A stretch of DNA of 64,000 bases. It comes from Octopus vulgaris. Lineage: Eukaryota. Of the stretch, positions 40,632 through 54,433 are shown in pieces; the stretch's first letter is position 1, and the number at the start of each line of letters is the position of its first letter. A model generated the notes under the pieces. That model made no database searches. It had not been told where the DNA came from and was given only the letters and a program-made list of their open reading frames with translations. The DNA lies in NCBI GenBank assembly GCA_951406725.2, contig OX597819.1, positions 73,346,001 to 73,410,000 on the forward strand. Reading direction: 5' to 3'. The translations under genes were made by a program, and so were the position numbers.

Positions 40632-41193
40632 TTTTCTCAGATAACTCCCAAAATACGTTTGCCATTACTTTACCATGGCCACCCTGGGTTGAAACTGGAA
40701 TTATTACTAATCTGTGGGTAAGAAAGAAGTGAGGGGGGGGCTTATTTATGAAAACGGATCCATCTTTAAACTCCTTAATTAACAAAAAGAAAATTTAAAT
40801 AAATGTTAAATAATAATTATATTTGCAAGGAGCAACAGTGGTAGAGAGAGGTTGCCATCTGAACCTGTTAAACACTGAGTTATACGGGGTGGGGGGCTAC
40901 TAGCCCCCCCCCACACCATCACTGCTGATAATAACCTTTCTATTATTGGCACAAGACCTGGAATTTGGGGAGAGGGAGAAGCACCAGTCAATTACATTGA
41001 CTCCAGTATATGACTGGTATATACTTGATTGACCCCCCCCCCCCCAACCCAAAAGGATGAAAGGCAAAGTTAACCTTGGTGGGATTTGAACTCAAAATGT
41101 AAAGATGGATGAAATGCTGTTAAGCATTTTGCCTGGTATGCTAACCATTCTGCCAGCTCACCACTACCACTGCTGATGACGACGACGACGACG

Positions 41194-41224
<31 letters not shown>

Positions 41225-41428
41225 ACAATTCCATTGTGAGCATCATGACCCCCACCACAACCACTAACAACAATTTTACAACTGTTAGATGATGATAAAG
41301 ATGGTGATGATGAAAGAGGATGTAGAGGAAGAGGGGGTATATACATATATGTATGTATATGCATATACATTCATACATATGTGTGTGTGTTTGTGTGCAT
41401 GATATATGTGTGTATGTGTATATATATA

Positions 41429-41824
41429 GGCGTGGGAGTGGCTGTGTGGTAAGTAGCATGCTTACCAACCACATGGTTCCAGGTTCAGTCCCACTGCATG
41501 TCACCTTGGGTAAGTGTCTTCTACTATAGACTCGGGGTGACCAAAGCCTTGTGAGTGGATTTGGAAGACGGAAACCGAAAGAAGTCCATCGTATATCATA
41601 TGTATGTATGTGTGTGTATATGTTTGTGTGTCTGTGTTTGTCCACCACAACATCGCTTGACAACCAATGATGGTGTGCTTACGTCTCCGTAACTTAGCAG
41701 TTCGGCAGAAGAAATCAATCGAAACAGTACTAGGCTTACAAAGAATAAGTCCTGGGGTCAATTTGCTCGACTAAAGGTGGTGCTCCAGCATGGCCACAGT
41801 CAAATAACCGAAACAATTAAAAGA
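41429..41824 (+). mobile_element. SINE family B
   Basis: Near full-length copy. Confidence 0.87.
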
Positions 41825-42467
41825 AATATATATCATCATATATCTATACTCCTCCCCTTCCCCTTCCCCTTCCTTCTCCTCTTCCTCTTCCTCCACCTCA
41901 TCATCAACAACAACAACAAATCAACAAGCAGGGTGTCTTTGTTATTGCAACCCTATCTCTGCTAAAATAAAAGAAGACACACTGAATGAAGTCTTGAGAG
42001 CTACACTATAAAAGACAGGATGGTCACAGCTGGAGCAGTTCTGAAGGAGAAGTCTGTTGTTTGGACTTTAATGATGTAATCCCTTTAAGAGCCAATCAAA
42101 TTGCTTAATACAGCAGCCAGTTGGTGAACTGCTACTATGGTGGTGGTGGTTGATTGAAAGATTGCTATTGTTGTTGTAACTGTTGTTGTTGTTGTTGTTA
42201 GTGGTACTAAAGATGGTGGCTGAAAGAGTGTTATTGTTGCTGTTGCTGTTAATGGTGGTGGTGGTAATGGTGATGATAATGATGATGTTGATGATGATGA
42301 TGATGATGATGATGCTAGCTATAAAAAAGGAGAGGAGAAGGTTAACAAAGAAAAAATAAGATACAAAACAAAAAAAAACCTCAGTCTACTTGATGAAATA
42401 TAATATATTAGTGTTACTATATTCAGAAATATCATGTATCTACATGAGAGAGAGAGAGAGAGAGGGA

Positions 42468-42531
<64 letters not shown>

Positions 42532-42699
42532 CAGGGGGAGGGGGGTATGCATACATGATGGTTGCTGACTCGATTTCATGTAGAGCCACTGCCTGATTTC
42601 TTTATGCCCCAGAATATTATGGATGAGCTGGATGAATATGGCTTTTGAGGCCTGCCAAAGACTTGGAGTTTACAGCTCCATGAACTTTTCTATGCCTTT

Positions 42700-45600
42700 T
42701 CAAGCCACTTTTTCATCAGCTTACTTTATGACAGAGTGTGCATTTGAAATCATCTGTCCATCTGTAATCAATGTGAGGTTGTGCAATGTGTGATTTCATA
42801 TGGCTCTTTAGCCCAGCCTTACTAAGACAAATCTTCCCACATTCATCACATCTAAGACCATCACGTTCATTAATGCTTGCTAGAACATCATTCTTGTCAC
42901 TTTTTCTCATCTTTCTTTTGATCATTGCATGCACCATTCGCTTCCTTTCAAATTCATTTTTGCCTTCATACACAACTTTTTTCTATTTTTCTTGGCAATG
43001 CGCTAAATCTTCCCAGTTGTCAATTGGAACATTTATCTTATTCAATCCCGACTTCAGACAATCTTTGTATCTCGTCTTTGGTTTGTTTAGGCATTCTGTT
43101 GTCTGTCATTCTGACTAAATGTCCACTCCATCTCAATCTTTACTGCAATAGCAAAGCTTCAATACTGAAGCATTTCCCTCTTTCAAGCATCTCATCACAT
43201 CATCAGTCAAATATTTTCCAGCTGATCCTCAAAATTCTTCTGAGACATTGTTGATGAAAATGTTCCACAAGTTTTAAGTGTTTATGATACACAGTCCTGG
43301 TTTCGCAAGCATGCAATAAAAAGGTTAAGAGACATGTATTATATACCTTAATCTTTGTCGCAGTGGAAATACCATGTCTAGACCATAGGCGGTCTTTCAG
43401 TTTGCCAAAAGCGAAACCGACTTTCTGAATGCGTAGTGACACTTTATCATTAAGATGCACTGATGTGTTTAGTTTGCTCCCTAAGTAAACAAACCTAGAA
43501 ACCACAGCAAGTTTTCTTCCATACTTGAAGATACCAGGATCTGTGTATGGCATTCCTGGTGCTGGCTGAAACATGACAACAGTTTTGGTTAGATTTATGG
43601 TTAAGCCAATTGCCTCACAAGCCACTGAAATTGCATTCATAAAATTTTGCATGTCCTCTTCAGTATGAGTGACAATATCTGTTTTTTTATTACCCACAAG
43701 GGGCTAAACATAGAGGGGACAAACAAGGACAGACAAACGAATTAAGTCGATTACATTGACCCCAGTGCGTAGGTGGTACTTATTTAATCGACCCCCGAAA
43801 GGATGAAAGGCAAAGTCGACCTTGGCGGAATTTGAACTCAGAACGTAACGGCAGACGAAATACGGCTACGCATTTCACCCGGCATGCTAATGGTTCTGTC
43901 AGCTTGCCACCTGTGACAATATCACAATCATCTGCATAGAGGAGGTCTCTAATAAGAGTTGAGGATGTCCTTGACTTAGCTGATAGTCTTCTGATGTTAA
44001 AGATTTTTTCCTGTTGTGCAATATCTGATATATATACCTTCATAGAAGCCTTTGAAAGCCAATTGAAAAACTATAGTAAAATAGAGGGTGGAGAGAGTGG
44101 GTGCTAGTATGTCACCTTGTTTTACTCCATTCATGACAGAGATAGGCTCCAAGAGCTTTCCACCAATGTTGATCCTTACTTCCATGTCATCATGAAACTA
44201 CTTCAGAATAGTGAGAAACTTTACCAGGCATCCAAGTCTCCCCAAGATCTCCCACAAGACAGTTCAATTGACAGAGTCAAAAGCCTTAGTAAGATCAATG
44301 ACTACCTGATAAAGTCCCATTTGCTGTTCCACACACTTTTCCTGTAACTGCCATGCAGAGAAGATCTTGTCAATAGTACCCCTACCATTTCTGAATCCAC
44401 TCTGTGATTCATCAGGAAGAATCTTGTTAGTCTGCAGCTGGTCCAACATTATTCGTGATAAAACTTTGCCGATTGTAGCGAACAAGCAAATACCATGAAA
44501 GTTATTGCATTCATCCTTTTGTCCATCACCCTTGAACACAACTTCCACGACTGCATCCTTCCAGTCTTTTGGCATAGCTTCATTTTGCCATGTCTTCTGT
44601 ATTACTGCTGTCAGCATTTCTAGCAAGTAGTACCCCTCGTTCAGACTACAAACTCCCAGTGCTTTGCCATTGTTCAGCTTTGATATTGCTTTTATTGTTT
44701 CCTCCACTGACGGGGTGTCATCTAAGCACTCAATGGATGCATTCTGTGGAATCATATCAACAACTGATAGTCGATTCAGAAGTTCATTGAAATGTTCCTC
44801 CCACCGTTTTAAGATGTCTTTTGGGCTCCCTCAAGAAAACATGAGCCAAAGTAGGACATGATGACCCATGCACCCCAGGAAGGAGAGTGTATAATAACTT
44901 AATGTTCTTAACATTGGAAGCAGCCTCTATTTCTTCTGCTTTCTTCTGTCACCAAGTATCCTGCATGCTCTGAATCTTTCTTTGCACATCTGCTTTTATC
45001 TCTTTGAAAAAAGCTCTATTTTGGTTGGAATCATTTGCTAGTAATGAATGCAATGCCTTTTGTTTTTCTTCCAACAAATGTTGAATATTTCCATTACTTT
45101 CATCAAACCAATCTTGATGTTTTTTCTTCTTTACTCCTAAAACTTCTTTACTTAAATTGCATAGTTCTCCTCCGAAGTCCATCCACTCATCTGTCCAATC
45201 CAAATTTTCAATTTTCTGCTGAAATTCTACTCTAACCATTTTATCCTTAAGGAGATTCACATTCAGACATTTAGAGATGTCAGTGCGACTTTGTTTACTT
45301 TTTGGCTTCACTACAAACTTGATCTTCCCACAAACCAAGCAATGATCTATCCAACATTCTGCTCCCCGCACTATACAGAAATCTCTCTTATCTCACTTTC
45401 TAGTTATCATATAGTCAGTCAGGTGCCATTGTTTTGAACCAGGTGCATCCATGTAGTTTTGAACTTATCTTTTTGCTGAAAAGCAGTGCTCATAATAATT
45501 AGATTCAGCTAAGAACACATCTGTAGCAAAAGTAAGTCATTGCTGTTACAATTTCCCAATCCGCGTCTTCCAATCACATCCCATGTCTCATGATCTTTAC

Positions 45601-45890
45601 CAACTCTAGTATTAAAATCGTCCAATATGATAATCTTATCCTCGTGTGGAATTTTGCAGGTATTTTCTTTCAGCATATCATAAAAGAGAGCTTTTCATTT
45701 TCACTTGCATTCATAGTTGGTACATAAACACTAACAAGTGTTACATACCAACCTTATTTTTTTGAAAGGCAACTTCAGCAATCTCATTCTATCATTTACA
45801 CTGCATGGCAATTCCTCTAACTTATTGACCAAGGAGGTTTCCTGAGCAAAAGCAACACCACTTTCATTTTTGCCATTTTCTTTTTCTTCT
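42700..45890 (-). mobile_element. RTE/BovB-type LINE, nearly complete decayed ORF (APE endonuclease, RT, C-terminal C2H2-like finger)
   Basis: ESGVAFA, MRGAECWIDH.LV, QSGFRNGRGTID, IDLTKAFDSVN, GVKQGDILAP, LLYADD, FVYLGS, CDECGKICLSKAGLKSHMKSH. Confidence 0.93.
43681..43912 (-). mobile_element. SINE family A inserted in the RTE RT domain
   Basis: 11-bp TSD gtgacaatatc at 43669-43679 and 43913-43923, just after the YADD codons. Confidence 0.9.
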
Positions 45891-45898
45891 TTCATACA

Positions 45899-45929
<31 letters not shown>

Positions 45930-47276
45930 GTACATACATAATACATACATACATGCACACACACATATCATCGTCATCACCATTGTTCAACATCTACCTT
46001 CCATGCAGGCATGGATTGGATGGTTTGACAGGAACCAACCAGGTAGAAGACTACTCCAGGCTACTGTGTTTGTTTTGGCATGGTTTTTATGGCTGGATGC
46101 CCTTCCTAACACCAACCACCCCATAGAGTAAACTGAGTGCTTTTTATGTGGCACCAGCACAGGCAAGGTCAGTTTGGGGATGGTTTTTACAGCTGGATGC
46201 CCTTCCAACATTATTCAGCTGCTGTAAATGATACGAGCGCAGAATATGCACTTATTTTACACCGCTCCTCCTTGTGCTGCCAATTATGTCTTCCTTTTAC
46301 TTAAATCATTTCTGTTTCATAACTATCAACCATATTCTCATTATCATCCCTTCTCACTTTATTTTCCATTGATTACCCTTTCTCTACCTCCAGTTGTTTC
46401 TTTCTCCCTCTCTCTCCTCTGAGTGACATCTTATGACTGCTATACCTCATCTTGAACATCATTTTTTATCTACTATCATTCTCGTCACCTGACATCTTCC
46501 ATCATCAGCTTCCCTCATTCACTATCACCACCCTATGTACTTCTGACACCCATCTCAGTCACTGTACATCTCTCTTTTCCTCTACTCTCCCACTCCACAT
46601 ATCATCTCTCTATTTTCTGATCCACCTACAGGTTAATCTTACTGCTCTACTCTACCCTTCCTGTATTGTTACATATCATCTTCTCCTTCCTGAGTCACTT
46701 TTATTTCTTTCACATTGACCTCTCCCCACTGATATTTATCATCACTTATATCTCCATTCTTGTTCACCATTCACTACATTCACCTCTAACCATCTGTCAC
46801 TCTCTTCATGTACTCTAGTGGGTTTATCCACCCACCCTTCCCAAACCTCTGTCTGTAATATTCATCTTCTTGGATCTTGAGAGGATACTCTGACATTTTG
46901 TCACCACCATTATTGTCTTGTTTCCAGTTACTCTCACTCACCATTATATAACGTGGGGTGGCCATGTTTCTCCTTTATAGCAAGACATCTGTTTCTGTCC
47001 CTCTTTCTTACTTTTACGTCTCAACACCTGGCATAAAACCATCTCCCTTTCCACCACAACCTCACTCAAATATTTTTCTTTGTCATTCAAGTTATTTGGT
47101 GACCTCACTAGAGCTGGTGTTAGGAAGGACATCAAATCATAGATATCATGTCAAAGTAGACATTGGAGCTTGACATCGTCCTCTAGTTCATTAGATCCTA
47201 TTCAACCATCCAACCTATTCTTGCATAGAAGACAGTCATTAAATGATGATGGTGAGGATACATACATTCACACATA

Positions 47277-48170
47277 CATGAGGTCTGATCAATAAGTGTC
47301 TGTACTGTTGCCATTGTAACAAAGCTTAAGCACACAGAGTGAAGCTACTTGGCACAGACTGATCTTGAACTCTGCTGTGCATGCACACTATGTTTTAACA
47401 TTCTAGCTCACTTTCACTGTTTACAGCAGTGCTTGGAAGGAAGGTGTGTAGCATGTGATCGTCGCATTGACTGTAACAGAGAAAGTCAAGCAGAGAATCT
47501 GCATCAAATTTTGCCAAAAGCTTGACAATACCTGCTCAGAGGCCTAAGCAAAGTTTTCAAAAAGTTTTCATTGTTCACAACACAATCAAGATCTTGTGCA
47601 ACTGAAACCTGAGTGTCCTTTTGGTCAGCTGAAAGCAATTTTGGTACATACTTGGCAGACAGACATCTCATACCCAAATCCTCAGTAATAATGGACTGAA
47701 CTGAACCATAATTAATCTGCACATCCTCTGATAACCATGGATAGTGATTCGACGATTTCCCCTCACAGCTGAATGCACATCAGTGATGTTTTCCTCAGTT
47801 CTGCTGGTTGCAGGTCTCCCAGAATATTCATCAATATCAACATTTTTCAGTTATCTTGTAAATGTCTGAACCACTCATACACTTGTGTTTGGCTCATACA
47901 CTCCTCTCCATACACTTTCTGCAACTTTGTGTAGGCCTCTGAGCAGGTATCACCATGATAACTTTGTCTGTTGTGATCAATGCAACAATCACATGCTACA
48001 CACCTTCCTTCCAAGCACTGCTGTAAACAGCAGAAGTGAGCTAGAATGTTAAAACTTAGAGCACATGTACAGCAGAGTTCAAGGTCAATCGGTGCCAAGC
48101 AGTTTCACTCTGCGTGCTTTAGCTTCATTACTGTGGCAACAGACTGGATACTTATTGATTAGACCTCGTG
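47277..48170 (-). mobile_element. Mariner-derived non-autonomous element with ~270-bp inverted arms
   Basis: TA on both sides, ends ca(t/c)gaggtct.atcaataagt. Transposase N-terminal remnants KLQKVYGEECMSQTQVYEWF and GSVQSIITEDLGMRCLSAKYVPKLLSADQK. Confidence 0.9.
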
Positions 48171-49789
48171 TATTAGATGTATTCAATCTAGTAAAATACT
48201 TTTTATTCCACCCTAAGTCATACTTGCAAACACTGATGTACCTTTTATGCTGCTGCCTTCCGTTAACTTTCACATGCGGAATTCAGAGAACAAAGTTTGT
48301 TTCTTTATAGCACAACCTTTCCTCAAATAACCATTTTATGAAATCATCAAAGACTCATGATAAAACTTATTGACATTAGTCTTCTCTTGTAAAATGTGAA
48401 AATAAAGATACAAACTAAACCTAGATTGAAATCATCCTCATAACAATAATAAAAAATATATCTTCTTTTCTGTGCTTCCATGGGTCGGATGGAGTTTATT
48501 GAGGCAAATTTTCCTGGGTTGGATGCCTTTCCTGTTGTCAACCCTCAACTTCTTTCAAGTAATATTTCACCATGACCAGATAATGCTTTTGCAGAATATT
48601 GGCGATGAACAACACCTCTTGTATGACAGTGACACTCATTTACAACTCTCATATGATGTCAAAACAGACATACACACATGACAGGCTTCTTACAGTTTCC
48701 GTCTATCAAATACACTCATAAGTCTTTGGCTTTCCCAGGGCTAAAGTAGAAGACACTTTCCCAAGATGCCAGGCAGTGGGACTGAACATAGAACCCTGTG
48801 CTTTGGAAGCAAGCTTCTCAAACAAATAGCTCCATCTGTGCTTATAGAATCATCATATAACTGACTTCATTGTGACCAGGGTTCAGCTTGGTATCATCCT
48901 CAAGTTCTTTATGTGTCGTGCTTCAAGCATAGCATCAGCCAAGATCTGTTTGCAAAACATAGAAGGAAAAAAAACAACCCATCCTTGTGATTACAAAGAA
49001 AAAAGAACGGAAAAGAAAAATGAAAGAAAAAGAAAAACAAAAGCTAAACAAGAAAAGTGTTGGTCTTTCAATTGTTTGTGAAAGTGGTTTAATATTTAAT
49101 TGTCAAGAAGGTATTAGCAGCAGAGTTATTTTACAGTGGAATGCAGCCATCAGGGTTTACCGGGAACTAATTCAGATGATCTCGTTGGCTGCAAAAACAC
49201 AAACATCTCCTCATTGAAGCAAGTTGTTGACATCAAATCAAGGATATTTCTCTCTTTGTAGGGGTTTTGTTTTTAGAATGATTTCATATTTTTAACAATT
49301 CCCAGCCATCTTGGTTGTGAGTTGGCAGCATTTTTAGCACACCAGGTGATGTGCTTAGCACCATATCATCTGTTTTTATGTTCTGAGTTCAAATTCCACC
49401 AAGACTAACTTTGCCTTTCATTCTTTCAGAGTCAATAAAATAAGTACCAGTTACATACTGGGGTTGATGTAATTGACTAGCCCCCCCCCCCCGCATCCCT
49501 TGAAAATACTAGCTTTGTGCTAAAATTTGGAGGTAATATTTAGAAAATATTAACCCTTTTGATACCAACCTAACTAAAACCACTTCTAGCTCTGAGTACA
49601 AATGTCTTGTTTTCATTAGGTCTGAATTAAAATCTTCCACCACAATTTATGTTACACAATTTATGGCCACAATTTATGTTCCTATCACTAGTTTAATGAT
49701 AATTTAAGTTATTTTACTAAATTCTTTGTTATATTTCAAATTAATTGAAAGAAACACAGAACGTCTCAACTGTAGGAGCTTACATAAAG

Positions 49790-50910
49790 GATGGAGAGAA
49801 AGAAATGAAAAAGATGTTGAAATGAAATAAAAGTATACACAGTATGCAAAATTATGTGAAGATATGAATGAAGCAATCTTCTTGATGCAGGAGAAACTCC
49901 CTCTTGTGTCACCCAAGGAATCCCACAGATCCAGGATTACCCTGATCACCAAATGCACAAATCTTATCCCAATTGTTGTTATCCAATCTAGTCACATACT
50001 TAGAATAGGCCCATTCACTCTAAGCATTTTAGCCACAGTTACCCATCTTTTCACAAATTCACTGGGGGAGGGGGGTTAGCACTTCACCCTCACTTTCCTT
50101 TCAAACTTGCCTACCACAACCTCAATCACCATAACTACTAGACAGAGGAACACCGCCTGCCCTGCCTTGTTAAAGATGGATGGTGGGCTGACCCTCACCA
50201 TGGATTTGGCTAATAGTCAAACTCATCCTACACATGATAACAGCTGTTTGACACAACTCCTCAAGTTATGTGAAAGCCTGGATACTGCACAAGTGCATAC
50301 AGTACAGTTTTGTTACTCTGCACACATAACAGACAATCCTGCCTAGCAGCATTTCTTTGCCTGTGGAGTTTACCTTGAAGAGGCAGTGTCCCTCAGTAAC
50401 GTTGCCAGGACTTCAGGAAGTTATTCATGGGAATTACCACTATCAAACTCCCCCGAAACAAACCAGTTAGTTCCTCCCTGTCAGTGACTAGAATTTCTTT
50501 GTGAATGTCATTGCTCTTACCCACCACCAAATCTTATGTATGTATTGCTACTGTAGAACTCCTACCAATTGCACTGTCCTACTGATTGAAGGTGGTGAGT
50601 GCATGACAACCTTCCAGGGGCAGGGCCCCCACCTCTTTTCTTGATCCAGGATTACTGCTCCATCAAAGAAATGAGCTGCAGAAAGATATGTCTTATAAAC
50701 AAAGACCACATCAGCTCGTTGCCAGGAAAATCTGCAGGTGGTATAGCCACAGCACAAATCTGTGCAGCAGCTGCCATGGCATGGCAAGCCCACCATCCAG
50801 AGGGCACTGGCATAAGCTGGATTTCCTGACCAGGGGAGAACATCCTTTTCACAGCAAGTAGGGTTGATTGAATGACACTTGGGGATTAGAGGCAAAGCTT
50901 AATTTACGAT
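49790..50910 (-). mobile_element. L1/Tx1-clade LINE ORF2 C-terminal fragment
   Basis: Minus-strand PLVRKSSLCQCPLDGGLAMPWQLLHRFVLWLYHLQ, homologous to the 23.9-kb fragment, and terminal PSEFVKRWVTVAKMLRVNGPIL. Confidence 0.7.
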
Positions 50911-51374
50911 CTTTGATTGTTATAAAGTCACTTCTTTCACCAGAATCTCCACTCCATCATTGATGCCTTGTCTAAAAGTTATCTCTGGCCTCATGGTTAA
51001 TGTTATCAAAGGTGTAAGAGTCCCCCCATCCACCCACATTATTTTATGTCTGCAGCTTTTATTATTTGTAATATTTTGTTAATTTTCTCATCAACAGTTT
51101 TTATGACTATTAAACTCTATCCTTTCATAGGAATATGAAGTGTTGTAATAAAAATATTACATTTAAAAACCTTTTCCTTATAATCTTCATCATTTATTTT
51201 GTTAAAGCATGATTTCCTGAAGGTTATGACCTCATTTCCTGAAAATCATCAGCAATGACATCCATGAGCTTTGAGATGTTTTTCACAGATTTTCTTCTTG
51301 GAAAAGGATGTACTTTTGTCAGGTTGCTTGCATTGTCAAAATAAAGGGCAAAGTGTTCAAGTGTTAGCCTAATA

Positions 51375-51554
51375 CAGTTCTATATTTAAGAGAATGAGGA
51401 ATTATGTACATTATTTATATTTGACAGATATTTGTCCTCATCTTGTTTATTGTTCGCCACGGGCATATGGTATAGTGGTTAAGAGCACGGGCTACTAACC
51501 CCAAGATTCCAAGTTTGATTCCAAGCAGTGACCTGAATAATAATAATAATAATG

Positions 51555-51616
<62 letters not shown>

Positions 51617-51795
51617 TATAATAATAATAATGATGATGATAACATTGAAAAAATACCTTAGAAATGAGAACCCAGGTTTGAAATTTCCCCAAGACACTTG
51701 ATGAAGGCTGGAGGATATATCAGCTGAAACGTGGTGTTAACAACAAACAAGATGAGGATAAATATCTGTCAAATGTAAATAATGTAAATAATGTA
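51375..51795 (+). mobile_element. tRNA-headed SINE-like element with (AAT)n linker, hammerhead-like tail and upstream inverted tail copy
   Basis: A box tggtatagtgg (51468), B box gtttgattcc (51513), (AAT)n, then gacac-TTGATGA-aggctg..cagct-GAAAC-gt (51693-51732). 51407-51454 is an inverted copy of 51739-51786. Confidence 0.8.
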
Positions 51796-52643
51796 TTAGC
51801 CCAATGATCAAATGAATTAATTATAAGGTGGATACACACAAGAAAATAAATGACAACACGGTCCTTGTGGATATAGTTGGTACTCAGAAAGAAACTAGTA
51901 TCAAAGTAAACTAGTAGTGGTCTGTGCTCAGGAAAATCAGGTTTTGAAGTTTATAAACTTACATAAATTTATGCCCCTTTGGGTTACTTGTTGACCTTGC
52001 TTGTGCTGGTGCCACATAAAAGGGCACCCAGTACACTCTGTGATGTGGTTGGCATTAGGAAGGGCATCCAACCTAGAAACCATGTCAAAACAGACACTGG
52101 AGCCTAGTGCAGTCCTCTGCTTTGCCACTTCCAGCTGAACTGTCCAACCCATGCTGGCATGAGAAAAGGGACATTAAATGATGATGATGATGTCACACAT
52201 TCATTGTAAAGCGATGTTTAGAATGTCTGCTGGCGAATGAAGAAGTTGGAAAGGTTTAGGCTATGTGTGAGAGAACCAAAGTGAGAACAAAGAACGATAA
52301 AGGTGGGAGGAAGGTAACTGAAGAGAAGTTTGGTGGTGGCGGGAGGAGGGAGGGACATCCCCAGCGGAAGATGGCAGAGTGACTGGGATCCATGAATGAT
52401 GATTGTTGAATTTTATGGGAAGACGTAGATGTGGAAAGTCCAGAGTGTTGTAAAATGAGGTTAACAATGGTGGGAGGAAAGCCAGCTAATAGATACATTA
52501 ACTGAAACAGTGTTAATAAAGAAGTCTTTTTCAATCCGAAACACAACCTGTGAGCTGTTGGCCTAATGCCTGGTCCACCAAGGCATCCTACCTTAAGTAG
52601 TGACCTTTGTTATGGAGCCAGCACAGAAAATGGATGCTAAATA

Positions 52644-52675
<32 letters not shown>

Positions 52676-53880
52676 GATGATAATGATGATAGTGAGGTGC
52701 ATTATCATCATCATTTAATGTCTGTTTTCCATACTGACATGGGTTGGATGGTTTGACAGGAGCTGGCAACGCTGGAGAGCTACACCAGGCTGTTAAGGTG
52801 TGGTTTCTACAGCTGGATGCCGGTGGCATGTAAAAAGCATCATTAGAGCATTGGGCCTCATGGAGGTAGTGACAGGTGACCAAGACCCTTTGCAATATAC
52901 CATGCTTGTGTTGACCTGTCAAGCCAAGTGAGACCATAGTCATGGCTGATGCCAGTGTCTGTCAATGGCACCTGTGCCAGTGGCATATAAGAAACACTCA
53001 TTGCATTCTCGGAGTGGTTGGCTTTAGAAAGGGCCTCCAGCCATAGAAACCTTGCCAAATCAGATTGGAACCAGGTGCAGTCCCCAGGTTTCCAGATTCC
53101 AGTCAAACCATCCAACCCATGGAAAGCAGACGTTAAATGATGATGATGCCCCTCCTAATACCAACCACTTTACAAAGTGTACTGAGTGCATTGTATGTGG
53201 CACCAGCACAGGTGCTTTTTACATTGAACCAGGCAAATTAGTAGGGAGGGCCATAGATAAATAATTACAGTATTGTGTCTTTGTGTCTGGGACAAGAATG
53301 CAAAACATTCAGACAGTTAGGTGATACAAAAAGGGACAACAAAACATCCAGATAGATGATACAAAGAAAACAAGGACAGGTCATTCGAAGCTTTCTTTCC
53401 TCAGTCAAGCACCAGATTATCCTTGCAATTTTGGCTGATTATTCCTGAGATTGCTCCAATCTGGCCAGCCCCAAAGAAAAACTAAGCTAAGAGCATTAGA
53501 TTCCTTGGAAGAAAGCAGCGAATTTATGTGTGTGTGTGTTTGTGTCCGTGTTTGTCCTTCCACCATTACCTGATAACCGATGTTGGTGTGTTTACATCAC
53601 CGAAACTTACAGTTTGGCAAAAGAGACTGATAGAATAAGTACTAGGCTTACAAAGAATAAGTCCTGGGGTCGATTTCTTCAACTAAAGGTTGTGCTCCAG
53701 CATGGCCACAGTTAAATCACTGAAATGTGTGAAAGAGTAAAGTTATCCCATGAATAATTCTTTCTTTTATTGGCAAAAAGGTGGAAATTTGGGGATGAAG
53801 AGCTATTTGTCAATCTGGACCTTGATACTCAGTACCTATTTTTATCAATCTCGAAAGGACAAACGACAAAGTCCACCTTG

Positions 53881-54027
53881 TACATTATTTATATTATTTA
53901 CATTTGATGGATATTTGTCCTCAACTTGTTTGTTGTTAACACATTTCGGCTGATATACCCTCCAGTCTTCATCAGGTGTCTTGGGTAAATTCTGAACCTG
54001 GGTTCTCATTCCTAAGGTATTTTTCAA

Positions 54028-54074
<47 letters not shown>

Positions 54075-54142
54075 TCCCTGCCTGGAATTGAACTCGGAAT
54101 CTTGGGGTTAGTAGCCTGTGCTCTTAATCACTACTCCATATA
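53881..54142 (-). mobile_element. Second copy of the tRNA-head/hammerhead element
   Basis: Minus strand: tatggagtagtgattaagagc...gagttcaattcc, (AAT)n, gacac-CTGATGA-agactg..cagcc-GAAA-tgtgtt and the same tail. Confidence 0.8.
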
Positions 54143-54433
54143 CTTCCATGCACACTGTGGTGCCCTCCTACTCGACCAGGCATCGGAAAGTCGCCTCGCC
54201 AGCAGTCACACAACTTGTCGCCCAGCCGGTCCGGCATCAGTCACTCACTCCAGCACCATCCATTTTCAAGGCTGGTTGATTCAGTAGGTAAGTTGTTACA
54301 CATTCCTAAGCAGATTCCGATTTCTGTGGCCACTGTCCTATTGTCTATATCAGCCGACTCCCTTTCAGGGATCTAATGGGCAAATTGTAGAGCACCTTAG
54401 ATGGACATTTGGTTCATCCCACATCACCTGTTG
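54143..54433 (-). pseudogene. 28S rRNA fragment, diverged
   Basis: The plus strand reads as the reverse complement of conserved LSU sequence (gccctcctactc..., ctccagc.ccatccattttca.ggct.gttgattc...gttgttacac..., ggttcatccc) with many transitions. Confidence 0.88.

Noticed and set aside
42716-42973. Host C2H2 zinc-finger gene
   Set aside because: It is the C-terminal finger of the RTE ORF, collinear with the RT.
51461-51535. Functional tRNA gene
   Set aside because: The acceptor stem does not pair well, the B box is mutated, and it is attached to a repeat tail in both copies, so it is a SINE head.
54143-54433. Functional rDNA unit
   Set aside because: It is short, isolated and mutated at conserved positions.
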